Source: Eledone cirrhosa
Taxonomy: Eukaryota
Assembly (NCBI GenBank): GCA_964016885.1
Contig: OZ024756.1
Location: 4,278,001-4,342,000 of the forward strand
DNA length: 64,000 nt
Direction: 5' to 3'
Shown here: one piece after another, positions 28,910-40,325 of the stretch
Numbering within the stretch: position 1 is the stretch's first letter
Layout: every line of letters starts with the position of its first letter
Position numbers and translations under genes: made by a program
Notes under the pieces: generated by a model
What the model was told of the DNA's origin: nothing
The model's database searches: none
Seen by the model: the letters and a program-made list of their open reading frames with translations, nothing else

Positions 28910-31900
28910 CTATAGTCTGATGTAGAGTGAAGGCCCATTCACACGGGCCATTCTCGCCACTTTCACCCATCTTTCATAGAAACGGCTGGGGTGCAGCACC
29001 TCTCTCTCCATCCTGATCCTTCTTCCGAAATGATATCGGAAGAAACGGACCAGTTGTTGGCCAGAGAGAAAGGTGCCCGACCTCAGTCCTTTCAGACGCG
29101 TCCACCATACAACCTCTTTCGCCATGGCTATTACGCACAGAAACACCGCCTCTGCTTCATCTTTGAAGGGGGGAGGCGGCTTGATCATTACAATAGACTC
29201 GGTGGTCAACCGGATCGGTCCCACCCTTGACAGCAGTTGTTCGACATAGCCCCACAGATCGGCTACGCCCGAGCAGTGTACTAATGCGTGTGCAACGGTT
29301 TCCTCGTCGCACACGCATCTGGGACAGATCTTTTTGGCGGGGTCCCTACCCGGGCGCCCGTGTCTGTAGAGCCTTTCTCGAACGGGTAAAGCCCCTCGGT
29401 AGCACTGCCAGGCCAGGGACTTCTGGAAGTTGTCCATAGGTCCCGGGCTGAATGTCCTACCGAAAAGGCTGGCCAGTTCGTCCTCCTCCATGTCTAGGGC
29501 TTCTCCGAGGGCGTCGTCGCACCTGCTGCGTACCAGCCCTCTATAGAATGTTGCGGTGGAGTCTCCACTGATAACCGGATCCGCCTGCCAGAGGGCGGTG
29601 AGCGCCTGGGCACACTCAGTGTGCCAGGCGCCCAGTTTTCTCGGTCTTTGCTTGACCCAGGATTGCAGCTCGGTGAGTGAGACGAGTCTGGGAAAGGTTC
29701 GTCTCACAAACGAGGCCCACACCGGTTGTCCGGTGAGGAATACGTAGAGGTGCCGTAGCCTTAATGCGTGTTTACGCATCATTAGCCACGGCATCCCCAG
29801 CCCTCCTTTCGAAGGGTGTTGACAGCAGATGGATCTCCTCACCATAGGAGCCCGCCTCTTCCAAAGGAATTGGAAGAGCGCGCGCTCCATCTTGGTGAGG
29901 GTTTCCCTTGGGCAGGGCACTACGGTCAGGCGGTAGTAGATGACGGACGCTATGTAGGTGTTCGCCACCTCCGCCCGACCTTTCAGGGATAGTTTGCAAC
30001 TGGCCCACTTCTGGGTCAGTGCAAACACTCTGTTCGTAACCTCCGCCCAGTTTTTCTCCACCTGGAGGTCCGGTCCGAACCAGACCCCGAGCAACTTCAC
30101 CGGGCCCTCCGTCCAGCGTCCGACGACGCTATCGGAGGGCATCGGTCTGCCCCTCCACGTGCCGAGTTGCAAACCGATCGACTTGTCCCGGTTCAGCTTA
30201 GCCCCTGTGAACTTTTCGTACTCCTCCAGTAAGGTGCCGACCGCCTCGATTTCGGAGGCCGTCGACACCATTACTGTCACGTCATCGGCGTAGGCCGACA
30301 CCGCTTTCCGCAATCCCGGTTCCAAAGGGATGCCCTGCAACAACTCCAACTTCCGCAGTAGTGGCTCGAGAGTCAATACATACAGAAGGGAGGAGAGAGG
30401 GCACCCTTGTCGGATGGACCGCGCGATTTTGAACGGCTCCGAGAGGTAGCCGTTCACCTTGACCCTAGAGCAGATGCGGCTGCTGTGCATAGCAGTGATC
30501 CAGCCCCTGAAAACGGGTCCGAAGCCTGCCGCCGCTAGCACCGCATCCAGGTAACCATGGTCGACCCTATCGAACGCCTTAGATTGATCCAAGTTGATCA
30601 GAGCCCCACCAAAGCCGGGTTCGTTCCCAACCCTCTCTATGATGTATCGCATGAGGTGGAGGTTGTCATGGATGGACCTGGACGGGATAGCGCATGTCTG
30701 CGCATCTCCCACCAGGTTGCCCACGACAAGCGCCAACCTCTTTGCTAGCACCTTGGCCAAAATCTGTAACTCTGTATTTAGCAGTGTTATGGGCCTGAAG
30801 TTACTTATTTCGTCCCCCTTGTTCTCGTCCTTCCTCACTAGCGTGACTACGCCCTTGGTCACAGTACAGGGAATTCTCCCGTTCTGTTGCCAGTTGCAGT
30901 AGACCGCCTCGAGGAGATCGGGGAACAAGTCCGGCATAGCTAGATATAATTCGTAAGGAAGACCATCGAGACCCGGGGATTTGCGTTTGCCGCATTGGCT
31001 CAGCACGTCCTCTATCTCAGCGGCCGAAATCGGCTCCTCGCAGGACTTCGCCTCCCTGTCCGAGAGGCGCGGCAGGCCGTCGAGGTATGGACCGAAGTCC
31101 ACGTTCCCAACCGGCTCCCCGCCCCTCCCGAACAGTCGGGCAAAGTGCCTTTGAAAGGCCTCACACATCTGCTTAGGCTCAAGAATCGCCCGTCCATCCA
31201 GGTCTCGCAAAGACCGGATGGTGGATTTAGTTCCACTGTTGGCCTCTGTCACGCGGGCCCAGCTAACAGCTTTGGTCCCCTCGTTCCCTAGAGCACGTAT
31301 TTTACTTCGGACAACGCAGCCTTCGTGCTTCGCGTCGAAAAACTGGCTCAAAGCCGTTCTCGACGCTAGCACTCTGGCCACGTCGCCGCTTCTAATTGCC
31401 TCTTCTACTCTATCTATTAGCTCCCTTTCCTTCCTATTCCTATCCGCAGCTAGAACCTTACTAAATTCTATCGAGACTACTCTAATCTCTCTCTTTAGAG
31501 ATACCCACCACCTGCTGTTGACGATCGCTCCAGTCAACCGTTCCTTAACTAACGTACTAATCCGATTCCTGTAGGCTCTACTTGCCGGCAAGGACAAGTT
31601 GAGCTTCCAGTAACCGGGGCCCTGTCTATGAGTTCTGTCAAGGTTGACCATGCAGGTCACTAATTTGTGGTCTGAATAGCCAACAATGCGCATTTTTGGA
31701 CAACTTAAAAAGTCCTTATCCTTAATTCTAACTAAGAACCTATCTAGGTACGACCTAGATGATCCGCTACGATTTGCCCAAGTCCAGGTTGGCGCAGTCG
31801 GAAAATCTAGTCGATATCTATCGGCCAGGTCAAATCGACCGATTAACCCTTTGAGGCTATTACACCCCTCTCTATCGGGGCAGGCCCCTACGTAGTCCCA

Positions 31901-32347
31901 GCGTGCATCTAGGATACCATTCCAGTCCCCCACTAATAGCAAGGAGCGGGACGTCCCTAGAAAAGTCTCCAGACGATGGAAGAAGTCCGGCCGCATTGAC
32001 CCGAAAGGGCCGTAGGCGGCTACCAACCTAAACGCTCCGCCTTTACCACTGCCAAGGTCCAGAACCACTAGTCGACCCTCCGGGTCCAAATGTACCATCT
32101 GTGTTGCGAGACCCAGATGTTTTTGCAGCAGAACGACAACTCCACCCCCACCTCCAGGCTGACAGAGAGATGCGTGCATCTCAAAGTCATCAAAGGTGGG
32201 GGCCAGCTGTCGCACGTTGCTGATCCGGGCCTCGCAAATAACCATCACATCTATACGTTGTGACCTGAGGTCATTTAGAAGCATTGCTTGCTTCCAAGTT
32301 GAGCCCAGGCCACGCGCATTTAAACAGCCTACTCTTAGCATAGCCAT
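28910..32347 (-). CDS. LINE ORF2p: apurinic-like endonuclease + reverse transcriptase + C-terminal CCHC zinc finger
   Basis: EN motifs LNARGL, ICE, GDWN, YLDRFL, SDH. RT motifs KSPGLDG, NFRPITLLN, LDQSKAFDRVDH, RQGCPLS, YADD, LLGV. C-terminal CPRC..ETVAHALVHC. First ATG at 32347 (AACATGG); the frame is open from 32371. Confidence 0.95.
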   Translation of the reverse strand: MAMLRVGCLNARGLGSTWKQAMLLNDLRSQRIDVMVICEARISNVRQLAPTFDDFEMHASLCQPGGGGGVVVLLQKHLGLATQMVHLDPEGRLVVLDLGSGKGGAFRLVAAYGPFGSMRPDFFHRLETFLGTSRSLLLVGDWNGILDARWDYVGACPDREGCNSLKGLIGRFDLADRYRLDFPTAPTWTWANRSGSSRSYLDRFLVRIKDKDFLSCPKMRIVGYSDHKLVTCMVNLDRTHRQGPGYWKLNLSLPASRAYRNRISTLVKERLTGAIVNSRWWVSLKREIRVVSIEFSKVLAADRNRKERELIDRVEEAIRSGDVARVLASRTALSQFFDAKHEGCVVRSKIRALGNEGTKAVSWARVTEANSGTKSTIRSLRDLDGRAILEPKQMCEAFQRHFARLFGRGGEPVGNVDFGPYLDGLPRLSDREAKSCEEPISAAEIEDVLSQCGKRKSPGLDGLPYELYLAMPDLFPDLLEAVYCNWQQNGRIPCTVTKGVVTLVRKDENKGDEISNFRPITLLNTELQILAKVLAKRLALVVGNLVGDAQTCAIPSRSIHDNLHLMRYIIERVGNEPGFGGALINLDQSKAFDRVDHGYLDAVLAAAGFGPVFRGWITAMHSSRICSRVKVNGYLSEPFKIARSIRQGCPLSSLLYVLTLEPLLRKLELLQGIPLEPGLRKAVSAYADDVTVMVSTASEIEAVGTLLEEYEKFTGAKLNRDKSIGLQLGTWRGRPMPSDSVVGRWTEGPVKLLGVWFGPDLQVEKNWAEVTNRVFALTQKWASCKLSLKGRAEVANTYIASVIYYRLTVVPCPRETLTKMERALFQFLWKRRAPMVRRSICCQHPSKGGLGMPWLMMRKHALRLRHLYVFLTGQPVWASFVRRTFPRLVSLTELQSWVKQRPRKLGAWHTECAQALTALWQADPVISGDSTATFYRGLVRSRCDDALGEALDMEEDELASLFGRTFSPGPMDNFQKSLAWQCYRGALPVRERLYRHGRPGRDPAKKICPRCVCDEETVAHALVHCSGVADLWGYVEQLLSRVGPIRLTTESIVMIKPPPPFKDEAEAVFLCVIAMAKEVVWWTRLKGLRSGTFLSGQQLVRFFRYHFGRRIRMEREVLHPSRFYERWVKVARMARVNGPSLYIRL

Positions 32348-32371
32348 GTTGGTGGTGAAGAGAAAAGGCAC

Positions 32372-34153
32372 TTACCTCTCTGCGTCCCGGGTATCGGGCT
32401 GCACAATTTCCATTATGGTGGGGGATGGGTTGTTGGGTGGGGTGGTGGTTTGTGGAAGTGTGGGGGCATCAGTGTGTTGTGTGGTTGGGGAGCTTGGAGT
32501 TGTGAGGGTGTTTGGGGAGGGGGTGGGATAGTTTTTTAGGAGGACTCGGTTAATGGGCCCGACGCAGGGGGGACCCACGTCCTCTTTAAAATTGTTTTTT
32601 AAAGTTTTATAGGTGTCCTGTGGGGCCTTAATCATTTTGAGGTGGGGGAAATCCCCTGCCTGGGTGAAGTTAGGCCCTTGTGTTTTTATTAGATTGTTGT
32701 TGTACACAATGTTTAACAGTTTTTTGTTTCTTGTATTTATGTATGTGTATGCATGTTTTTGTTTTTGTGTGGTGTTTTTTGTTTGCTGTTGTGAGCTCTT
32801 TTGTGTTGGTGTCAGTGTTATGTTTTGGGGAGGGTTTTTTTTCATTTGTGTGTCTGAGGTGTGTTTTCTTTTTTTTCTTTTGATTGTGTGGAAGTGCTCC
32901 TCCTCGTCTGACGACGAACTAGGGTCATCTTCCGCGTTGGAGGGGAGGGGTATATTTTCGGGTTGTGTTTGCGGTACGGGTGTTTTGGAAATTGTTTTTG
33001 TTTTTTGAGTGGAGGGGATGGGTTGGACATTGTTTTGTTTTGGTTTGAGCTGTGGTGGTTGTTTTTGTAGTGGTTGTTGTGGTGATTGTGTTGGTTGTGC
33101 AGTTGTTGGTGGTGTAGGCAGGATTGGGGTTTTCTTATTAAGTTGGGGACAGACAGCCCTCAGGTGACCTCTGGTTCCGCAGAGGTAACACGAGGGCCGT
33201 CTACCCTCAACGGTAATGTTGATGAAGGTTAGATCATCCAGTATGACGCGTTCAGGGATCTGGGCGATCCTTTCGGGCCTCATTTGAACTACAAGTTCGA
33301 GGCTCGTTCCACTGAACGCGTCACCCGATGCCTTTCCCATGGACACCAGCATGTCATCCTCCAGGTCCAGAAAACCTGTCAAAACCCACCATATGTCCAT
33401 AATCGGCAGGATGGTGTGGATTTTTATTTTTTGTGTTCTTCTACCCATGTACGTAGGGTAGAAGGTGTATGCGGTGGATGTGATTGGTTTGATGGACAGT
33501 TTCACTGCTGTGTCCCTGTCCTTCATGAGAATGGATAGACTCCCGTAGAGTCTATCCTTCTGAATGAAGGTGATGTCCTTCATGACGTCTTTTAAAACCA
33601 GCTCTATCTCGCTCTGTGATGGTTGAGCTGGTTTTTTACTTTTGTTCGAGATTGTCCTAAACATGACCGTGTTTAGGAGTCTCTGGCTTTTTAGTTCCGG
33701 GGGGGAATGGATTGTGAATGAACCATTTTCCCCGTACACTATATATTTTTTCGCATCCGCCAGTAGCTCCTTCGCTTTTGTTATATCTACTGGCAGATAG
33801 TCGAGGGTTTTCCTTGTCGTCTCGGCGAAGGAGAAATTTTGTTTGTTTGTGTTGTTGTTGTCGTTGGTGGTGTTGTTGTTATCATTGTTGTTGTTGTCAC
33901 CGTTATTGGTCTTGTTGTTGTTATTGTTATTGTTATTGGTGTTGTTTTCTACCGTCGCATTGTTGTTGTTGTTGCTGTTGGTTCTTTGGGTTGTTGCCAT
34001 GGTAACGTCAAGTTGTCGGTTAACAGGTGGAGAGAATTCTTCCTCTGGCTGACCTATCTTCTTGACCTCTGCTACTGTGACAGTGGCAGGGGGAAGCTGT
34101 AAGTTCATCTTCCCCTTTCCTCCTTCGAATTTTGGTGAAGAAGCTTCGGCCAT
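32372..34153 (-). CDS. LINE ORF1p (gag-like nucleic-acid-binding protein), 593 aa
   Basis: ATG-initiated ORF directly upstream of ORF2. Zinc knuckle CYLCGTRGHLRAVC (CX2CX4HX4C, about 33149-33190), N-rich N-terminus, P/Q/T-rich and basic KRKKRK segments. Confidence 0.88.
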   Translation of the reverse strand: MAEASSPKFEGGKGKMNLQLPPATVTVAEVKKIGQPEEEFSPPVNRQLDVTMATTQRTNSNNNNNATVENNTNNNNNNNNKTNNGDNNNNDNNNTTNDNNNTNKQNFSFAETTRKTLDYLPVDITKAKELLADAKKYIVYGENGSFTIHSPPELKSQRLLNTVMFRTISNKSKKPAQPSQSEIELVLKDVMKDITFIQKDRLYGSLSILMKDRDTAVKLSIKPITSTAYTFYPTYMGRRTQKIKIHTILPIMDIWWVLTGFLDLEDDMLVSMGKASGDAFSGTSLELVVQMRPERIAQIPERVILDDLTFINITVEGRRPSCYLCGTRGHLRAVCPQLNKKTPILPTPPTTAQPTQSPQQPLQKQPPQLKPKQNNVQPIPSTQKTKTISKTPVPQTQPENIPLPSNAEDDPSSSSDEEEHFHTIKRKKRKHTSDTQMKKNPPQNITLTPTQKSSQQQTKNTTQKQKHAYTYINTRNKKLLNIVYNNNLIKTQGPNFTQAGDFPHLKMIKAPQDTYKTLKNNFKEDVGPPCVGPINRVLLKNYPTPSPNTLTTPSSPTTQHTDAPTLPQTTTPPNNPSPTIMEIVQPDTRDAER

Positions 34154-34185
34154 TTAAAAAAATATTGACTTTTCAACAAGAAAAA

Positions 34186-34327
<142 letters not shown>

Positions 34328-34339
34328 ATACAGACAGAC

Positions 34340-34402
<63 letters not shown>

Positions 34403-34466
34403 GAGATGGTTAGAGAGAGAGATAGACAGATAGATATATAGCTAGAGAGAGAGAGAGAAAGATTGA

Positions 34467-35420
34467 TTTATTTGCCACAAGGGCGCACAAGAAAAGGGGA
34501 CAATACAAAGACACATACCGGGGATTTTACATACAGTCGTGTAAAAATATTGAAACAAACAAATTTAACAATCGAAATCCCCAATAGGGGGCAGGCGTTA
34601 CAAATGGGTTGTTTAATACCCCGTAGATAGAACAACCCTCAACTTCAGGAGCGTGTTGTGCAAGTGCTCCTTTCTTCCTTTTGCTCTCTTCTTCAACCTA
34701 CAGGCTTATATACAGAGAAGGCCCAATCACTCGGGCTATTTTTGCTACATTCACCCACCTTTCAGTAAATTTACTGGGGTGCTGTGCCTCTCTCTCCTCT
34801 CTGATTCTCCGTTCTATGTCCTCTCAATCTCGTCCACCATATAACCTCTTTAAACATAGCCACTATACAAAGGAAAACTGCCTCTCTTTCGTTTTTGAAA
34901 GTAGTTGGCGGTTTGATCCTTACTATGGACTCGGCAGTCAACTGGATTTGTCCCATACGTGACAGCAGTTGTTCTGCGTAGTTCCACAGGTCGGTTACGC
35001 CCGGGCAGTGTACAATTCCGTGCAAAACGGTTTCAATGTCCTGCTCGCATCTTGGACGCGTCCGTTTGGAAGGATCCCTACCGGGGCGTCCGTGCCTGTA
35101 GATCTTGTCACGAACTGGTAGAGCTCCTCAGTAGCACTGCCAGGCCAGGGACCTTTGGAAGTTGTCCATAGGTCCCGGGCGGAAAGTCCTACGAAACAGA
35201 CTGGTGAACTCTTCGTCTTCAACGCCCAGAGTCTCCCCGAGCACATCGTCGCCCTTGTAAAGTACTAACCCTCTATAGATTGTCGAAGTGGAGTCTCCAC
35301 TGATTGCTGTGTCCGCTTGACAGAGGACTGTGAGCGCCTGAGTGCATTCAATGTGCCAGGCGCCCATCTTCTTCGGTCTCCGCTTGACCCAGGACTGCAG
35401 CTCCGTCAGTGAGACAAGTT
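34467..35420 (-). mobile_element. 5'-truncated Tx1-like copy, diverged subfamily B
   Basis: LVSLTELQSWVKRRP..., GPMDNFQRSLAWQCY, VFLCIVAM..EVIWWTRL. 3' end GTGGCAAATAAA; 5' end abuts (GATA)n at 35421-35443. Confidence 0.88.
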
Positions 35421-35445
35421 GATAGATAGATAGATAAATAGATAT

Positions 35446-36056
35446 CTTTATTTGCCACAAGGACATTAGAAAACGTGACGGCGGGAGTTTTACATAAAAT
35501 TCGTATAAACTTTAACATTAATAAAATACAATAAACTATATAGAATAAAATAAAACAATCGAAATCCCAAATAGAGGGGAACGTTACTGCGGGGCTGTTT
35601 TACAGCCATAAGATATAACAATAGTCAACACCAGGAGCGCGTTTTTGAGGTGTTCCCATCTTCTCTCTTTTTGTCTTCCTCAACCTACAGGTTTATATAC
35701 ATTCTCTTGGGCCATTGTCGCCACATTCAGCCACATTTCAGCGAATTTACTAGGGTGTAGCATCTCTCTCTCCACTCTTACCTTCCTTCTGAAGTGGTAT
35801 TTAAAGAAGGGGATGAGTTGTTGTCCGGAGGGAAAGGTGCTTGCCCTCAGTCCTTTTAACGTGGTCCACCATATTACCTCTTTCGCCATAGCCACCAGAC
35901 AGAGGAAAACCGCCTCTCCTTCATTCTTAAATGAAGACGGCGGGATGATCCTCACGATGGACTCGGCTGACAACTGGATGTGTCCCACACGTGACAGTAG
36001 CTGTTGCACATAATTCCACAGGTCGGTCACCCCTGGGCACTGAACAATTGCGTGAG
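35446..36056 (-). mobile_element. 5'-truncated Tx1-like copy, diverged subfamily C
   Basis: DLWNYVQQLLSRVG...EVIWWTTLKGL...FFKYHFRRKVRVERE. 3' end GTGGCAAATAAAG followed by (TATC)n. Confidence 0.87.
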
Positions 36057-36582
36057 ACAGACAGGTCTTGCTATTGTTGTTGTCTAGTTCCAGTAAGCTT
36101 TTATATTGATCTTCTGATCTATTTCCAATAGGAACAGAACCCAGAAAGAGTTGAGGTGGGATTTACTTCAAATTTAATCCATTTTTTTAGGTGTAAAGGT
36201 GAAGTGAGAACGATAGGAGACACAGAGGGCAAGAGTAAGCGATAAGGTCACAGGGTGTGATGAATGGACTTTCACATTTCATTAATTACATGAGAAATCC
36301 TTACGGGGTCGATAAAATAAAGTACCAGTAATGTACTGGGTATTTTCTGGCCTTGTGCCAAAAGTAGAAACAATTAATTACATGAGAAACTCATTGATGG
36401 AATAATTACCTGGTTAATAATAAACCGGGAGTGAACTACCAACCGGTGCGTGAGTTCTGTTGGGCATCAATGACCTCCCTAAAATACAACAATTTATATA
36501 TGTGTGTGTTTGTGTGTGTGTGTGTGTGTGTGGAAGAGAGTGTGTGAGAGTGTGTGTGGGGGGAGGGATGTATGTATGTATA

Positions 36583-36677
36583 CAGTCTGTCCGTTTTTTA
36601 GGCGAACTTGAAATACGCGAATTTGCTTTACGTGCCGATTTCAGTAGCGCATCTTCGCGTAAAAAGTGAACACACTG
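36583..36677. mobile_element. Tc1/mariner (pogo/Tigger-like) MITE, about 95 bp
   Basis: TA|CAGTCTGTCCGTTTTTTAGGCGAA...TTCGCGTAAAAAGTGAACACACTG imperfect TIRs; right TA degenerate. Confidence 0.6.
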
Positions 36678-36700
36678 CGTGTATATATCTATCTATCTAT

Positions 36701-37965
36701 CAAGGAAACGCTCGCCAAAATGGAGCGCGCACTCTTCCAATTCCTTTGGAAGAAGCGGGCTCCTATGGTGAGGATATCCATCTGCTGTCAACGCCCTTCG
36801 AAAGGAGGGCTGGGGATGCTGTGGCTGATGATGCGTAAACACGCATTAAGGCTACGGCACCTCCAGGTATTCCTCACCGGTCAACCGGTGTGGGCCCCAT
36901 TTGTGAGGCGAGCCTTTCCCAGACTCGTCTCGCTCACCGAGCTGCAGTCCTGGGTCAAGCAAAGACCGAGAAAACTGGGCGCCTGGCACACCGAGTGTGC
37001 CCAGGCGCTCACGGCTCTCTGGCAGGCGGACCCGGCTGTCAGTGGAGAATCCACCTCGTCATTCAATAGAGAGCTGGTAGTTAGCAGGTGCGACGACGCC
37101 CTCGGAGAAGCCCTAGGCATGGAGGAAAACGAACTGGCCAACCTATTCGGTAGGACATTCAGCCTGGGACCTATGGATAACTTCCAGGGACCTATGGATA
37201 ACTGGCCTGGCAGTGCTACCGAGGGGCTCTGCCCGTTCGAGAAAAGCTCTACAGACACGGGCGCCCGGGTAGGGACCCCTCGAAAAAGATCTGTCCCAGA
37301 TGCGTGTGCGAAGAGGAAACCGTTGCACACGCATTGGTACACTGCTCGGGAATTGCCGATCTGTGGGGCTATGTCGAACAACTGCTGTCATGGATGGGAC
37401 CGATCCGGTTGACCACCGAATCTATTGTAATGATCAAGCCGCCTCCCCTCTTCAAAAACGAAGGAGAGGCGGTGTTTCTGTGCGTAATAGCCATGGCGAA
37501 AGAGGTTGTATGGTGGACGCGTCTGAAAGGACTGAGTCAGACTCCTTTCTCTCTGGCCAACAACTGGTCCGTTTCTTCCGATATCACTTCGGAAGAAGGA
37601 TCAGGATGGAGAGAGAGGTGCTGCACCCCAGCCGTTTTTATGAAAGATGGGTGAAAGTGGCGAGAATGGCCCGTGTGAATGGGCCTTCACTCTACATCAG
37701 ACTGTAGGTGAGAAAGATGAAAGATCAAAGGAGCACCCTCTCTATGTGCTCCTGAGGAGAAGGGTTGCACACTTTTTCGGGGGGGGTGGGGGATGCGACC
37801 CCGCAAGGCGCCTCCTCCCTATTGAGGACTTTGTTATTTAATTTATTTTTGTTATATTTTATATTTTGTTATTGCCTCCCCCTTATTGAGGACGCCTCGC
37901 TATGTAAACTCCCCCATTATACTTGTCCCACTCTTTGACGCCCTGGTGGCAAATAAAAAGAAAGT
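36701..37965 (+). mobile_element. 5'-truncated, frameshifted copy of the same Tx1-like family with a 15-bp TSD
   Basis: Peptides nearly identical to the ORF2 C-terminus (MERALFQFLWK...VNGPSLYIRL) plus the same 3' UTR. TATCTATCTATCTAT at 36686-36700 and 37966-37980. Confidence 0.92.
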
Positions 37966-37975
37966 TATCTATCTA

Positions 37976-38008
<33 letters not shown>

Positions 38009-38084
38009 CAAAGAAGATGTGGTAAGATACCAGATGGACCGTAACGCACCAGAGTACTCGATACTTGGGGTAGTAGAGTGGGTA

Positions 38085-38204
38085 ATATGAAGAGATTCAG
38101 GACCCCGACGGCTGATGAGCTCCGGCCGTTTCGACAGCTAGATCCGAACTGTTCGGAGCTAGCTGTCGAAACGGCCGGAGCTCAGCCGTCGGGGTCCTGA
38201 CTCT

Positions 38205-38212
<8 letters not shown>
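38085..38212. repeat. GC-rich near-perfect hairpin in a Penelope-like fragment (38008-38212; relative at 458-590 minus)
   Basis: CAGGACCCCGACGGCTGA..CCGTTTCGACAGCTAG..GAAC-T-GTTC..CTAGCTGTCGAAACGG..TCAGCCGTCGGGGTCCTG. Confidence 0.85.
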
Positions 38213-38280
<68 letters not shown>

Positions 38281-39418
38281 GCGTGTGTGCGTGTGTGTTT
38301 ATGTATGTATACTTTTACCTGATCTAGATAACACTTTCAATCCACTTTCCGCAGCTTCTAATCTTTATCATTTTAAAATATCATTTCTTTCTCTTTGTTT
38401 TGTACATTTATTCTGCTATTAAAGTTAGAAAGGCCATCACTTCTTCCAGTAACTTGAACTGACAAAAATCATAAAATAAAACAATAAAAAAAACATGAGA
38501 ATATAGTAAAAATCGGTGAAATTAAGAGACTATATATACCTCTATACATTATTTTTTCATCTATACTTACGTTAACCTATTTGTTTATTTTCCAACCATC
38601 GCAATTTACTTTGACAACACACGTGCCTTCACAAACAAATTTTTGTTTCTTTTATACATTATAAAACATTTCATTTCACCGCTAACTGTTTACATTTAAA
38701 CTAATTCCACTTTTCAAACATTTACCGTTCAAATACATACTTGCTTTTAGATTTAATATTTAATCCCTACTCATTAATATATCTACATTCTTTATTTTTT
38801 CTTCTTCTATAAATTCCGTGATAGTTTCATAGTTCCACCAATCTTTCATTATTTTAATTTCCCCTACAGTAAATTAGTTTATACAGAAATACTTTCTAAT
38901 TATTATTATTCTGCCAAATGCCAATATTTTAAAGTTTAATCCTCGCTATAAAATATATTTCTATCTATTTTATCATATCTTTTTTTTTCTAATTCCCTCC
39001 CTAATTTATATCTTAACGTTTAGCTTCTTGTAATGATTCAATAGGAAATATTATTTTAAATAACGGGTTTGACACCTCAAATGTTTATACCTTTACTTTG
39101 ATAGTTGGTAGATTATTATGAAAATTTGCTGAGTAAAAAGACTAAATAAAATACATGCACATGTACAGATACAAAGTATATGCATATACACACATATAAC
39201 TCAAAACATACACATACACACATTCAATAATATCCATACCTACACATGCATACATATCTACCTAGTTGGTGTGTAAACTCCAATGAGAGAGTCTTGTGTC
39301 TATATTAGAAACCGACTCTATGATTATAAAACTAGAAGAACATACATACTTACATATAATACATACATACATACTTACATATAATACATACATACATACA
39401 TACTTACATATATACATA

Positions 39419-39763
39419 CATGGTGGCTGCCAACTCGTTTTCGAGTACGGCCACTACTTTATATCCATGTAGGAGAACCCCTACCGATGCGTTGAACGAG
39501 TGTGACTTTTTAGTGCAGCCAGCGACTGGAAAACTCTGGTACAAACATGGTACATGTGATGACAAGTGCAGATAGATCTCCAGATATAAAGCAATGCCTG
39601 TGCCGTGAAGCTTTTATAGTGAGCAAAAGCACTGCACAAAGCCAGTCCCACTCTCTTAACCAAGATGATATTTATCAAAAAGAAGAACAAGTCAACATCA
39701 TTGGATACCATCGGGGTTGCAGGTGTCAAGGCAGAATTCTAGGAGAAGGAAAACTCTGATATA
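39419..39763 (-). mobile_element. 5'-truncated copy of the 62472-63040 family with an inverted 40-bp 5' segment
   Basis: Collinear with 62472-62820; 39724-39763 is the reverse complement of about 62821-62860. Confidence 0.75.
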
Positions 39764-39789
39764 CATACATACACTCTTACATACTTAGA

Positions 39790-40100
39790 TACATGAAGAT
39801 GGCTGCCCCCTCGTTATCGAGTATGGCAATTGCACGATATACCATTATTAATAATTATCAATTAATTCTATCGTGAATGCCTGTGCGTGAAGATATTTTT
39901 TAAAGTGAGGAAAGACTGTGCACTGAGCCAATCCCACTCTCTGAGCAACAGTAGTTATAACCCGAAAAGAAGAAAAGATCAACATCATCGGTAACTACTG
40001 AGCCGCAGGTTTTATATCGGAGTTATCCCAGTTTCCTGAGTTGCCTTCTCCTAGAATAATGCCCTGACAAACGCTAGGGGTCCTTCACTCCCAGTCCTTC
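39790..40100 (-). mobile_element. Older diverged member of the same retroposon family
   Basis: ATGGCTGCC..CTCGTTATCGAGTATGGC, AGCCAATCCCACTCTCT, TTGCCTTCTCCTAGAAT. Confidence 0.5.
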
Positions 40101-40325
40101 ACATACATACATGATGACTGCAACTCGATTTCGAATAATACTATCGCTTGATACACTTTTCGGTTACATAGTTACATGCCATCTGTATGTAATGATGTGT
40201 AATGATACTTAGTTTCCTCCATCAACACAGATAATATATAACTGTTTCAGTAGACAAAGGTATTCTAGCAATAACCACTTCATTTCTTGTTTGTTTGTTT
40301 TTGTATAATTTGCGTTATAAGAGGC

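Noticed and set aside
32348-32371. GTG start for ORF2 given by the ORF track
   Set aside because: A prokaryote-style start call; the first ATG in good context is at 32347, just before the EN motif.
28991-34102. Plus-strand ORFs antisense to the LINE
   Set aside because: Shadow frames of GC-rich ORF2 and compositionally skewed ORF1.
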